64,000 nt of DNA from Magallana gigas (taxonomy: Eukaryota), in NCBI RefSeq assembly GCF_963853765.1, contig NC_088860.1, forward strand, positions 25,482,001 through 25,546,000, written 5' to 3'. The translations under genes were made by a program, and so were the position numbers. Under the pieces are notes generated by a model. The model saw nothing but the letters and a program-made list of their open reading frames with translations, searched no databases and was not told where the DNA came from. This document shows, in pieces, positions 12,905 to 24,720 of this stretch. The first letter of the stretch is position 1. Every line of letters begins with the position of its first letter.

Positions 12905-13606
12905 AAGCAAGCTCACAAATGATATAACCCGCTAAGAATATATAATATCCCAAGTATTTCTTGTTTAAAAAGTAATGTATGCACCTTTTTTCTTATAGTG
13001 ACATTGAACTTGCACAAATGACCAAAGCCAAGAGTCATACATGTAGATCTACAGGTCACAAGCAATCATTGTGTTAAATTTTAGCTTCAAATTATTTTCC
13101 ATTGCAAAATATGGCCTAGACAGGAATGATGCATTTTTTTTAAACAATGACCTTGAACTTACACAACTGACCCTGGGTCGAGCTCATGACATATCCTCAG
13201 GTCATGAGCAATCTTTATGCAAAGTAGGAACTTCCAATGTTTCTCCATAAGAAAAGTATAAAGCAGACACAAATTATGAACTTTTTTTTCTTTCAATGAC
13301 CTTAAACTTGCCCAAATGACCTTAGGTCAAAATCATGACACACTCTCAGGTCATAAGCAATCTTTGAGTGCAGTAACAACTTCCAACCTTTTTCTATACA
13401 AAAAATATGGACTGACATGAATAATGCCCTTTTCCTTCTCTCTGTCTCTGAACGTATCAAATTATCATGACACGCCCTCAGGTTGTAAGCAATCTTACGA
13501 TTCTGGGAAGTAAGAACTTTCAATGTTTCTCCATACGAAAGAACCGGACACGGTTGCACAGACAGACGGACGGACGGGCAGACGGACTGTTTGCAGGGGG
13601 TATAAT
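12905..13606 (+). mobile_element. HINE (non-autonomous Helentron) carrying ~149-bp satellite-like monomers
   Basis: Monomer starts (a/ag)tgac(a/c)tt(g/a)aact at 12997, 13146 and 13295; GACA/GACG microsatellite at ~13558-13587; 5' tataacccgc versus 3' gcagggggtata subterminal IR. Confidence 0.75.
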
Positions 13607-16140
13607 AAATCGTTTAAATATGATACAGCATCCATTAAGGTAATGAATTGTGTGATACATGTATTACTTGGATCAACCTGATATATAGCTACCTGCATTA
13701 TTATACACAGTTATCATTTAGAGATACTTATAGGAGTTGTCTTTCATTGTTCATATTTTATTTTATGTATTTTTCCGGCAGTTCAGAGTTATCCCTCTTA
13801 AGTTGAAATGAGCCAAAAGAAAACTATTATTTCTAGTCACGAAGTGCTCAAAATTGCAGAAAGACAAATGCCAGTTTGGTCACTTGAATTTCTGGGGTGA
13901 CATTAACTGAGGTAACTTATGATGTCAGCATATAGAGATTAACCATTCCTTATGCTGCTAAAAATATAAATATAACGACTTCTAACAATGAAAAATATTT
14001 TAACACTTTTAAAAGATGTAAAACTAATGGATATCCACTATTTCCACCCATACCCAAAGAAGAATTCTGAAATAACATTTTTAGAGTACATCAAACTTCC
14101 AAACTCTCTTTATCAAGCGGCAAAGCGATCTTGAATGTATTTCATTGGCCCAATTCACCCAACACACGCTCCAAAATTCTGCAATTAAGTTTCAACTTCA
14201 AAGTATTTTTCTTAGTTTTTTCCCCAACGAAGATAACTTCATAGTAATGCAGTGTTGCATAAATATGAAAAATGTCCAAATCTCTGGTATAATAGTGTAT
14301 TTATGATAAGGTTGCGATGTTTCTGCTCTTCAGCTGCCAGTAAATCTGCCTTGAGAAAAACAGAGTTTTTCACAACGTTAAGAGGGCTATTTGGTGTTAG
14401 TCGTTTTTAATTTTTTTTTTTAATCTTCTTCAGATAATGAGCTCTGTATGATGTTTACAAAGTAAAATATTTGGAGTTTTTCCTTTATTAAATAATAGCT
14501 TGTAGCCAGATATATCGTATTTATAATCATAATGTAGATCTTATGAGTAATTAATGGAATATCGACTTATCTTTATACCCTCTTTACTTCATGTATTTGA
14601 AAACATACAATTCAGTTAATTTCCTTTTTAAACCTAGTCAAATACGAAAACTTTAATTTGGCTTAAGCCCTTTTTATTCTATTTTTAACCTGATCATCAG
14701 CATCTGCGTGATGGCCTTTGATTGTTTCTCGCTGACAAGTCTTTGTTAATTTCAGTTTGTCCTGTTGTATCTTCACAAATAAAAAAGGATATAAACTTGC
14801 TTTTATCAACCCAAAAGATTTTATACTTATTCCATTTTTGTTTACAACATCCAACACTTTGCAGGTGTTAGGCGGTTACTCAGAACATGAGCAGAACAAA
14901 AAAAATCATTAACCACTAAAGCAACAAACTCTAACTTCAAATTTACAGAACCTTCTTGTTTTAATTATCTTACTTCATAAATTAATATAATTCACCATAC
15001 ACAAAATTCCACTGGTATTTATTTTTGTAAAATTATATGCAAGTAAGAAGTGAAAATATTCCTGATTATAACCTCTGGAGACAGATATAACTTCTATAGA
15101 GGGGGTTACAATGCATTATTAATATAAAAAGTTATTGAACTATAACATGCATTTATCATGCATAGGGTAATGATATTCTGTGTAAATTTTACAAACATAT
15201 GAGTAGAGTTGCATAGTGCCTCATTTGGTAAATGATATTGGCAAAATGGAGGTAACAAATTGTTTTAATCTTATTTGTTGAGAGTCCTTTCATTCTCATT
15301 GTAACAGGGTATGATTGCATTGCATGGTCTGAATATATTTGAAACTTCTTCATACTTTTTGTACATTCATTTTTTTTTACTTTAACTTTAAACCTCCATT
15401 GTGGCTCCTGAACCCCTCACTTGAATCTGTCATGAATTCTAATTGGACCATTGTTCAAGATGGTCATTTGGATCTCAAAATAAAGATAAAAAAATTAACC
15501 CTGTTTTCATCATTTCTTGATCATATTCCCCTGAATAAAAATCTGGCCAGGTGAGGATCAAAGAATTATGCTTTGTGTCAAGTCTGATTTGTTATGGACC
15601 ATGGTTTTATAGATGGCTGAACATGTGAAATGTTGATGAGTACGAAAATCACAAACAGTTGCTGAACAAATTTTTAACAGAAAGGGTTTTAAGTTTCAGT
15701 TGTCATGTTACTAATGCATACAATGCAATGTACATCTGCATAATTTTACTCGTGCTGCTACTCTTTTCTGTGTAACACGTCCCAACACGTCCCAAAAACT
15801 TGCATTTCATACCCGATTTCTTTCTAATTTTATCGTGTCTCATTATCAGTCATGCCAGGGTAACATTTTTTTTATTTCAATCTTAAGATTGAATATCTGC
15901 TCTGAACGATGTTATTTAATCCTTGTGCGTTGGGTGATGACTTATACGATGCGCATGTGGCATCTTTACATCCACTCTGTCAGGTATTCCTGCTGCCTCT
16001 TCAATGACATTCAATATGCTATTGGTAACAAATTGGAAATCATCTACTAAGGTTTGGACGATAATCAATGAGGAATTGTCTTGACCTTTTAGTTATACAG
16101 TCATTCTGTCTGAAACATTTCATTTAGAATCAAGTGAAAA

Positions 16141-16648
16141 TGTCATGTAATGTTAGAAAATTATGTGGAAAAGGACTATGTGCGGTATTATGCATTTTTC
16201 GCCCCCAAAATTTAAGTTTTTCAAAGAGCTTTGAAAATGAAGTGGTAGATAGTTGAAATCATATTGAAAATAAGTATGTAAATGGTTATCACCACAATGA
16301 CGTCATAAGATAGAAATGACGTCATGAAAATTGTATTATTTTGATAAATTGATTTTTTGTAGCAAAATAAGGGTGTTTTCCGATGGTTTTTTGCCGGGAA
16401 ACATCGAGTGCAGGCTTGCTCACATCATTTTTGAGTATGATGTGTATAATTATAGGAAGAAAAACATACGTTAAAATCGTACTTGAGCATACCTGCGCTC
16501 AATACTTCCGAATGCAAAATATAAAGAAAAAATTACAATACTTTGATTTTTTGGCAAAATTGCGGGAATTGGGTCATTTAGATGGCGTCATAGATAAACA
16601 GCGAATGAGTAATGATGACTAATATCAAGATTTGATTTTTACATGACA
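16141..16648. mobile_element. Putative non-autonomous TIR DNA transposon
   Basis: 10-bp inverted termini tgtcatgtaa (16141) and ttacatgaca (16639-16648); richer in CpG than its surroundings; no clear TSD seen. Confidence 0.45.
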
Positions 16649-16850
16649 CTATTTATGAGATGTTTGTGAAACACTTATGCCCCCCTCCCTTGGAAACATC
16701 CACAAAGAAAATGAACGTAAACTGCAAATAACTGGAATTTTTTCTAAGTCCAAGGGGTATAACTCTGTCAAAAATTGCTCTATTATACCCAAAATCAAAC
16801 TTAACCTAGATATTATTTAGATAAACCTGTATACCAAATTTCATATCAAT

Positions 16851-18761
16851 CATATATTTTCACCACTCGCGATGGAAGCTTGATTGGAACAATCCCACTT
16901 TTGATCTACTCGGTGTTAAATTTTCTGTTCATTTGAATGAAATGGTAGAACTAAATTACCCATCAAATTTTTTGGAAGTAACCCGTTTGATAAAGCAATG
17001 GAAATTAAGAAATCTTACAACAGTTGGAAGATTGATTGTGATTAAAACTCTGATAATACCAAAACTTAACCACTTAATCCTAACTATACCAAAACCTAGT
17101 GTAGAATACCTTCAACAGTTTGAGAAAGAAATTTACATTTTTTTATGGGGAGGCAAGGTCCAAAACATTATAATTCAAGATTACAGATATGGGGGATTAA
17201 AAATGATAGACTATATGGAATTTGTTTGTGCATTGAAATCTACATGGATAAGAAGACTTATCTACTCTAATACAAAGTGGGTAAAACTTTTTGAATCAGA
17301 ATTAGGATTAAAAATAGAAACCCTACGGGAAAAAGGTTCAGACTTTATTACCAATATTAGCAATAAGATAAGTAACAAGTTTTGGTAAGAAGTTTTATTA
17401 GATTGGGTTAAAATTGTTATGTCCTATAGCCAAAATGACATAAAAGTACTTAATGAACATATGTGGTTTAATCCTAATATTAAAATTAATAACTCATCAA
17501 TTTTTATTAAGAATTATTTCAACTGTGGTTATAAATTTATTAAAAATTTGATGACAGAAGAAGGCAATTTTGTAAGCCTTGAAACTCTTGAAAACTCAAA
17601 TGTTAAGACCAATTTTCTAGAATATAGGAGTTTGAAAGGAGCAGTTTTTGAAAGATTAAAAGCCTCAAATAATAATAAGGTAGAATATGGACCATTTATT
17701 CCAAATTCTCTCAGTATTTTTTACAAACAAAGCAAAGGATGTAAGGATATGTATTATGTACTCATCGATAACAAAAAAGAATCAATTCGTTCAGTAAAGA
17801 AGTGGACAGAAAGTGGATTTGCTTATACAGAAATAGAATGGAATAATATTTTTGAACTCCCATTTAAAATCTCCGAAGAATCCAAATTTCAATGGTTGCT
17901 ATTCCAGATTTTACATAGAATTTTGCCAACAAATGAGTACCTTTACAAACTCAATATAATTAATTCGCCAGCCTGCTCTTTCTGTAATCAAGATAAAGAA
18001 ACTATGGAACATTTATTTGTGGACTGTTTTTCATGTCAAAGAAATATGGCTCTACTTTGAAGAATGCTTAAGAAGCAAGTTTAATTTTTTAATGACATAT
18101 GATAAAAAAAAACTATACTTTTTGGTAAATTCAAAAACAGAAATATGTATAGACTTCAAAACATATTGATTCTTACAGTAAAACAATTTATTTTTGCCAG
18201 TAAATATAAGAATGTCACAAACCTCTCGACGCTCATGTTAAAACGAACTGTCGCTGATAGAATACATATTGAGAAACTACTGTTGCTGAAGAATTGTAAA
18301 TTTGCTGAGTATGAAAAGTATTGGCAAACTATTTGCGATTTGTTATAAAATGTGTTTACAATAGCTGCAAGGAAATTGTAAGCAAATAATGGCAAAAAAA
18401 TATAAGTCTACTTTTATGTATCCTCTTGCATATGTATGAGTTTTTGATAGATAGTGTTCCCCTCTCATTCTCCACCCTCTTTCACCCCCCCCCCCCCAAG
18501 CCTCATAACTAAAAATACTCAAACTTTCATGGGTGATAAAAGCAAGTTTTCGAGATTATTTGTGCATATATATGTCTGTCTGTCGGTGTATACACTTGTC
18601 TGTACATGTGCTTTTTTATCTTCGGTATGTGACTGTGTCTATATTATACTTGTATTCTGAATCTCAAATGAAGTGAATATGTGATGTGTATGCACTGTAA
18701 ACTAAATATATTAGAAGATATGAATAATCTGTACATGAAAGTTTGAATAAAAAAAAAAAAA
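16851..18761 (+). mobile_element. 5'-truncated non-LTR retrotransposon (L1/Tx1-like)
   Basis: Flanked by direct repeat ttcatatcaat (16840-16850 and 18762-18772); AATAAA at 18746 followed by a poly(A) tail; pyrimidine-rich 3' UTR; ORF2 C-terminal remnant. Confidence 0.9.
16852..18348 (+). pseudogene. Disrupted LINE ORF2 C-terminus (post-RT region and zf-RVT-like CCHC domain)
   Basis: Frame reads YFHHSRWKLDWNNPTFDLLGVKF...LTTVGRLIVIKTLIIPKL...FLWGG...GGLKMID, then ILHRILPTN...CSFC...ETMEHLFVDC. In-frame TAA at 17386-17388 and frameshifts near 18030 and 18105-18115. Confidence 0.85.
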
Positions 18762-19386
18762 TTCATATCAATATGTGCACCCTCTGTAAAGAAAATGAGC
18801 AGAACTGCAAATAACTGGAAATTTTCTACGTCCAAGGGCCATAACTCTGTCGAAAATTGCTAGATCGTACCCAATATCAAACTTGACCTAGATATTATCA
18901 TGATAAACCTGTATACCGAATTTCATTTCAATATGTTCATCTTCTGCGAAGAAAATGAACGGAAACTGTTGGTGGACCAACAGACTGACCGACTGACCGA
19001 CAGACAGCAGCAAAGCAATATGCCCTCCCTTCTTCGAAGGGGGGCATAAAAATGGTTACAACTGGGGGCAGAATTGTTACCATACCAAGTGTAGTCCTTT
19101 CATTCACAAAAATATACATGTACATGCTTTATAGATATGATGACCCAGCTTGGGGTCTAGTTTTCCAATAACATATCCGAGAAATTTTGTACATTTCATC
19201 GCAAATATTCTAAAATCAGAGCAGAAGTATTTAAGTTATTTGAATATGTGTTAAAAGAACCAAATTACAAGTGTGTAATAAACCTCTGACAAACAAAACT
19301 TTTCAAGTGGGTCTTTCTGGGGAAAAACTGTATGAGAGAATTAGGCATTAAGATGCAGATAGATCTGTATTGTGAATAGGTGACTC

Positions 19387-19649
19387 CTCTCCCAGCACAG
19401 GCTAGTGCTAGTGACCAGGTGCACACCAGCACATAGCAAGTACAGGGGAAGGACTGTAGATCCTGAGATAGTGTTCTAAGTCTGGTGTTGCATGGACTTG
19501 TGTTCCCATCTCATCACAGGCAAATGCTAGTGACCAGGCACACGCCATACTATAGACAGAGATGCAGCAGGTGTCCCAAGTATGGTGGTGCAATGGTTGT
19601 TACTTCCATATCAGCACAAGCTAGTGACAGGGCATGATGGACGGCTAAC
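19387..19649 (+). repeat. Three degenerate ~100-120-bp units of a dispersed repeat
   Basis: Recurrent cagcacaggctagtg(ctagtg)accagg / catcacaggcaaatgctagtgaccagg / cagcacaagctagtgacaggg; matches 48951-49045 in reverse complement. Confidence 0.6.
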
Positions 19650-20804
19650 AAACGGATCATGTTTTCACCATATGTCTTCTGTTCATCAATATTCCATCTT
19701 CCCCCTTTCTTATACTGAAAATATTTCTACAAAGTAACATTCCATTTTCATAAATTATAATATTCAAACCATTGTGTAAATGAGGGCAACAACTAGAACT
19801 TATTTATACTAGTAACTCAACTAATTAAGTCATTTTGATATGATTCTTGGGTAAGACAGAAAATACTGCTTAATACTAAAAAGAATTATGCTTTTGATGC
19901 TTTTTTCTACTAAAAGTGCAAACAATTTACTATACTCCAGGTCTTTTTTTTAAAGTGCAGTATAGAAATCTCCTCATTCATTTTTTTAATTCTCACTTCT
20001 ATATCAATTTTGCCATTATATAAACAAAAATTCAATTCCACTGGTCTGTTTTTCAACAATGAAACCAGAGAAACCCCTCATTTAAATGCTATCAATTAAA
20101 TCTAATGACATGCATATTGACACAAAGGCACATGTGAAGCCCTTTATCTATTATAGCACTACCTGGGGGAGATTCCAGGGATTTGTTCTCTAGGCACTGA
20201 CACAATATTGATATGTACCTTACGCCAAATATCGGAGTAATCTGTCGCGAAATATTTACAAAATGCCCATGGTTACAGACTCTCTCTTTTTTTTTTGTCT
20301 GTATGTCAGCTAACGCCCATCTTTGTGTGTACAGTGCAGTTGTACCATAGATGGATTATGAAGCTCAAATCAGGAGGAAAACATTCAATTTATCACCCTG
20401 CCACAAGGAATCAATCCTTTCATGACTTTAAGAGTGAACGAAACAGAATTTACATTGCCAAGTTGCACTGCTTTTTTATATTACACACAATTGGAAAGCT
20501 TTGAGTCTTTACATATATTGTATTAAACCCTCTTGCCTTTATTTAAAAAAAAAGAAAAGAAGAAATACTGGTAATCTCCCTTCACATTAGATTTAAAAAT
20601 TCATCAACTTAGTTTGGTTTAAAATGCCCAGACCCTAATTTTTATAAATTAAGATGTGAAAAGTATTATAATGTTTACAGCAAATCAACATCATAACATT
20701 GATATGAGAAAAAAATGAAAGAAAAGGTGAGGAAGCTTACATACTCCACGCTCCACATTACTGGAGATTGATACACATAAGGAATGGAAAGGTATGCATT
20801 ATAT

Positions 20805-21314
20805 AAACAAAAAAATTCAAAAAAAGGCATATAACTCGCAAAATATCATCAGTTCAAATATTTCTCCAAATATGCACATTTATTCCTTCGTCTGTAACAA
20901 CCAAAACTTTTAAAATTCAATAGGGTCAAAATTCCCAGAAAAAAATGGAATCAGAATATCATGGACACAGTGGTAATATGCTGTGTGCTAAATACGTACA
21001 AAGTTTTCCTAAATTCCATGCAGCAGTTTAGGGGGAGTTGCTCTATTAAAGAATCTGTTAATTACTATGTTCAATATATGGCAAAAATTCTAAGTACAAA
21101 AGTACTAAAATTACCAGAAAAATAACGGAATCAGAAATTCCTGGCAATATGCAAAATTTACACAATATGTCCTAACTACCTACAAAGTTTTACAAAATTC
21201 TATGAAGTGGTTTAAGAGAAGTTGCACTTACAAACAGAACTAATGGAATGACTGACTGATTGATAGACTGGTAAAAAACTCTATACCCCTCACAACTTTG
21301 TTGCGTGGGGTATA
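20805..21314 (+). mobile_element. HINE with satellite-like monomers
   Basis: Repeated ggaatcagaa(t/a)...acaaagtttt..aaattc units; GACT microsatellite ~21250; 3' hairpin tatacccctcacaactttgttgcgtggggtata (21282-21314). The 5' end is approximate. Confidence 0.75.
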
Positions 21315-24023
21315 CATGTAATTAACTCTGCGGTTGCAAACTGACGATGATTCTTTACATGTACATATGACAATTTGTCCATTTGATTTAAAGTATATAT
21401 GACAATATGTCTATTTAATTTTAAGTATATATGACATGTCTTATTCAATTTTAGAAGCATATGCTGATTAAATACATTTTCCAAAGGAATCTATAGTAAA
21501 ACTCTGCAAAATTAATTTAAGGTGACTAGATGATCATGGCCATGTTTAAACTATATTTATCTTTTTCAAATGAAGAGCCAAATTATATAGAAAACCATTT
21601 TGATTAAAATATCATTTTTATGAATATCTTTATTCACAGTTCTCCTTTTCAAGAAGATCAATACAGTTTAAATATGACTTTCCAGTCCTCTTATTAATGA
21701 GAATCTAACAGATAAACCCATATACATTTTATAAGTGTGATATACATATTCATGTAGGCTTACTAATAACTTCATCTTTCCAGTCACTGCCATTTCATGA
21801 CATTAGATAAAATAATTCATTAACACCACTACATAGTGACAAATACTAGTAGTATCTGTAAAGATAAAAGAAAACTGACCTTTTCATTTAAAAAAAAATG
21901 TTGCCCAGGAAACTTCTAAAATTGAGGCTTGAAAATGGGATTTCCAATTTCTATGTATTCCATATATGATTCACAATGACAGAGTTTGAGATCTCTCTCT
22001 CTCTCTAACCAATTTAAAAAAAAGGAGTGAAAATCTTAAGGCGATAAAAGAAGAAGCTATAATATACCCCAAACAGGATAATATGCACTTCTTAAAAAAA
22101 TATCTTAGTGTCATATTTCCCCCAAAAATAATTCAAAGCATATCATTAAAGAGTAAACAGAATACCTTTGAAATTGAAATGAGCAAATGCTTTAATTTTC
22201 AAGCGCATATAAAACTCAACATGCCAAATGTCAACCGCTCCCATGCATCACCACCCATTCTGAGCACCACTCCACACCAGATTACCAAAAAGGGTGGGAG
22301 ACTTGTATTTGCATTAACAGGTAGCTTGTTTATTACCTGTAAAAAAAAAAGAGCAAACATTTAAAAAGGTAATAAGAAAAAAAAGATAAAAACCCAAAGT
22401 TGCAAAAGTTTGCTCGCTTCATTAGTAGAGTAATTGGACTAACTTCCTTACCTCCTTATAGAGAAGACTGTTGTTTTGGATTCCCTGTGCTTGACTGCCC
22501 TTCCTCTGTACACACATTTTCTTTCCTTTGGCTCTCTTTTTGTTCCGATCACCGATCACTTTTAAATTGGTGCATGTTCGTCTCCTGCAGAAGATGCATC
22601 ATGACCTAGAAAATATTCTCACATGGTAAAGAATTAACTATTTTCTGTATACCTCCATCTCAACATTTTGTCTGGTCCATTTCTTCTGGCCCAGGGCTGA
22701 CTCTAATCCAGTCACAATAGTTGATTTACAAAACCAAAGTGTCATTGTTTGTCACCTTCTGAGAGATTTGGCTTACCATAACTTAAAATGAAAAATTTGA
22801 ATAAAATACATGAAAAACTACAAGTTTATAATGTATAATTACATGTCACATATGCTGAGACCTCAGGTAAGGAACCTATAACTGCAAGTATGTGACTCTT
22901 AACACAAAAAATCCTCAATTCTGTAAATAACCCTATTTACAGTATAGTTTGATTATCTCACATGTATCTTGTGAGTTCCATCCATAGAAAAAGAGCAAAG
23001 TAGGGTTAGTTCACATGAGAGGACCATGTTAAATACTGCCATAACATAATTTTGAGATATAAAGTTAACATGCAGTCAGATGGATCGATATAGCCAAATC
23101 ATCATACATGTACTTAGAAAATTCGCATAAATATATAAAATGAGATTTGAATAAGTTTTGAAAAAGGGGACTTTTTAAAATCTTTTTAGGGATGAGGGGA
23201 TATGATATCTTTGTTTAACCCTCCAACCCTCATTTTTGGTAAAAGGTCTTGAAAAACAACTGATAATTAAAAAATTGTCTTTTCTTATAACTTGTCATTT
23301 TACTGACATAGTAAAAGTGCCAGTGAAGGATTTGGCTTTAATTCTTTTTTGATGTGCATTAACACAAATTTTAAATCTACCTTGGTTGCTTGAAAATTCA
23401 TCTCAAACAGAGCTTGAACTCATGCCTCCAGCTAAATACACATGCAGACTGTGCAATCAAGAAATAAATTATTGTAACATTAAAATGCTTATGATATTGC
23501 ACATTTAAACTACCTTAGGGAAATATAAGTTGTTTTCAAAAGTTCTTATGATCTAATTTATAATTTATAAATTCATGCATGCTGAAATGAAGTGCAAAAA
23601 GTACATGGTTTTATGCATACACAAATTTTACATATTAAAACATATGTGAACAAATATCTTATGCAATGCATTTACAAATGCCTAATATTTTAAAAAAAAA
23701 AAATGTTCATAGTCTATTAAAATGGCAAACAATAGGTTCCAAGATGATTAAAAATTCAAAACACATACTCCGTGCGTAACATTTTGTCAGACTAACAATT
23801 GATGTGAATTTTAAAGTAGCAATTTATTATTCCCTGGATTAAATTTGCAAGACCTAACAATGTTTTAAGTAAAGAACATTTTTATGGAAATTGGCAAAAT
23901 TAAAAAGGAAAATTCTAATTTGAAAGTTTTAATACCAAACACAATACAAAAATAAATAGAAAGAGGAACCCATTAAGATATTAACTATACCAGTTTGATG
24001 CATTACCTCAAATTGGAAATAAA

Positions 24024-24213
24024 CTGTATACAGGGTTATTTTTGCCCGGTGTAATTTTTGCCCTTCTACACTTGCAAACTGTTTTTGCTTTTTGAATTCC
24101 ACCAAACACAGTTGGGTTTAAAGAGAGATAATTTGAAACACTGGATTTTCCCCACTGACAGTGAGTGTGAAAGGGGCGAAAATAAAACGGGGCAAATATT
24201 TATCTGTATACAG
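24024..24213. mobile_element. MITE with TIRs (Tc1/mariner-type, TA end)
   Basis: ctgtatacagggttatttttgccc ... gggcaaatatttatctgtatacag, followed by TA. Confidence 0.75.
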
Positions 24214-24559
24214 TATAATGAGGCCCTAGCTGGCCTATTAATAGATGCCAAATTAACCATCCCCTTAATTCCCTTGTTGAATAAAAAGGATGCCTTTCAA
24301 ATTTAAATAAAACCAAACTGATTAAAAATCGAATAACCAATAAAAATTAAACCTCGCTAAAAATTCATTCGTATTTCTTATATATTTGCCTTTATATATA
24401 TTAAAGCAAATATGTTTTTTGTGCAAAGCATTTAATTTTGCAATTCAATTCAAATAACGTATAAATTGAAATATTATCAAATTACAAAAAAAAGAAAGAT
24501 TTTAAGATGGAAAATTCAAAAATTTTCTTTTAGTAAAAAAGAAATTGTGGTACTTCATT

Positions 24560-24720
24560 TAAAAAACTTCAATTCCCTTTACATCAGGATATGCTTCGTG
24601 CTTGAAATTGGCCTATCGGTTCTGGAAAAGAAGTTGAAAAAGTAAAATATTTACAGACAATCAGACAGACAAACATATGCTAAAAAAAATGTGATCAGAA
24701 AAACGCAATTGAGCTTTCAG
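24560..24720 (+). mobile_element. 3' fragment of a HINE-like element
   Basis: Monomer-like text, GACA microsatellite (cagacaatcagacagac) and gatcagaaaaacgcaattgagctttcag terminal-like segment. Confidence 0.45.

Larger units (their letters stand above)
16652..19052 (+). mobile_element. HINE with ~160-bp monomers, interrupted by a LINE
   Basis: 5' ttatgccccc (16675) and 3' ggggggcataa (19039-19049) subTIRs; 3' hairpin ccttc-ttc-gaagg; GACC/GACA microsatellite ~18980-19008; monomer motif aagaaaatga at ~16705, 18789 and 18949. Confidence 0.85.

Noticed and set aside
10860-12920. Cluster of 60-97-aa ORFs on both strands that might be a decayed gene or viral insert
   Set aside because: No recognisable motif, no consistent strand or frame; would need BLASTX.
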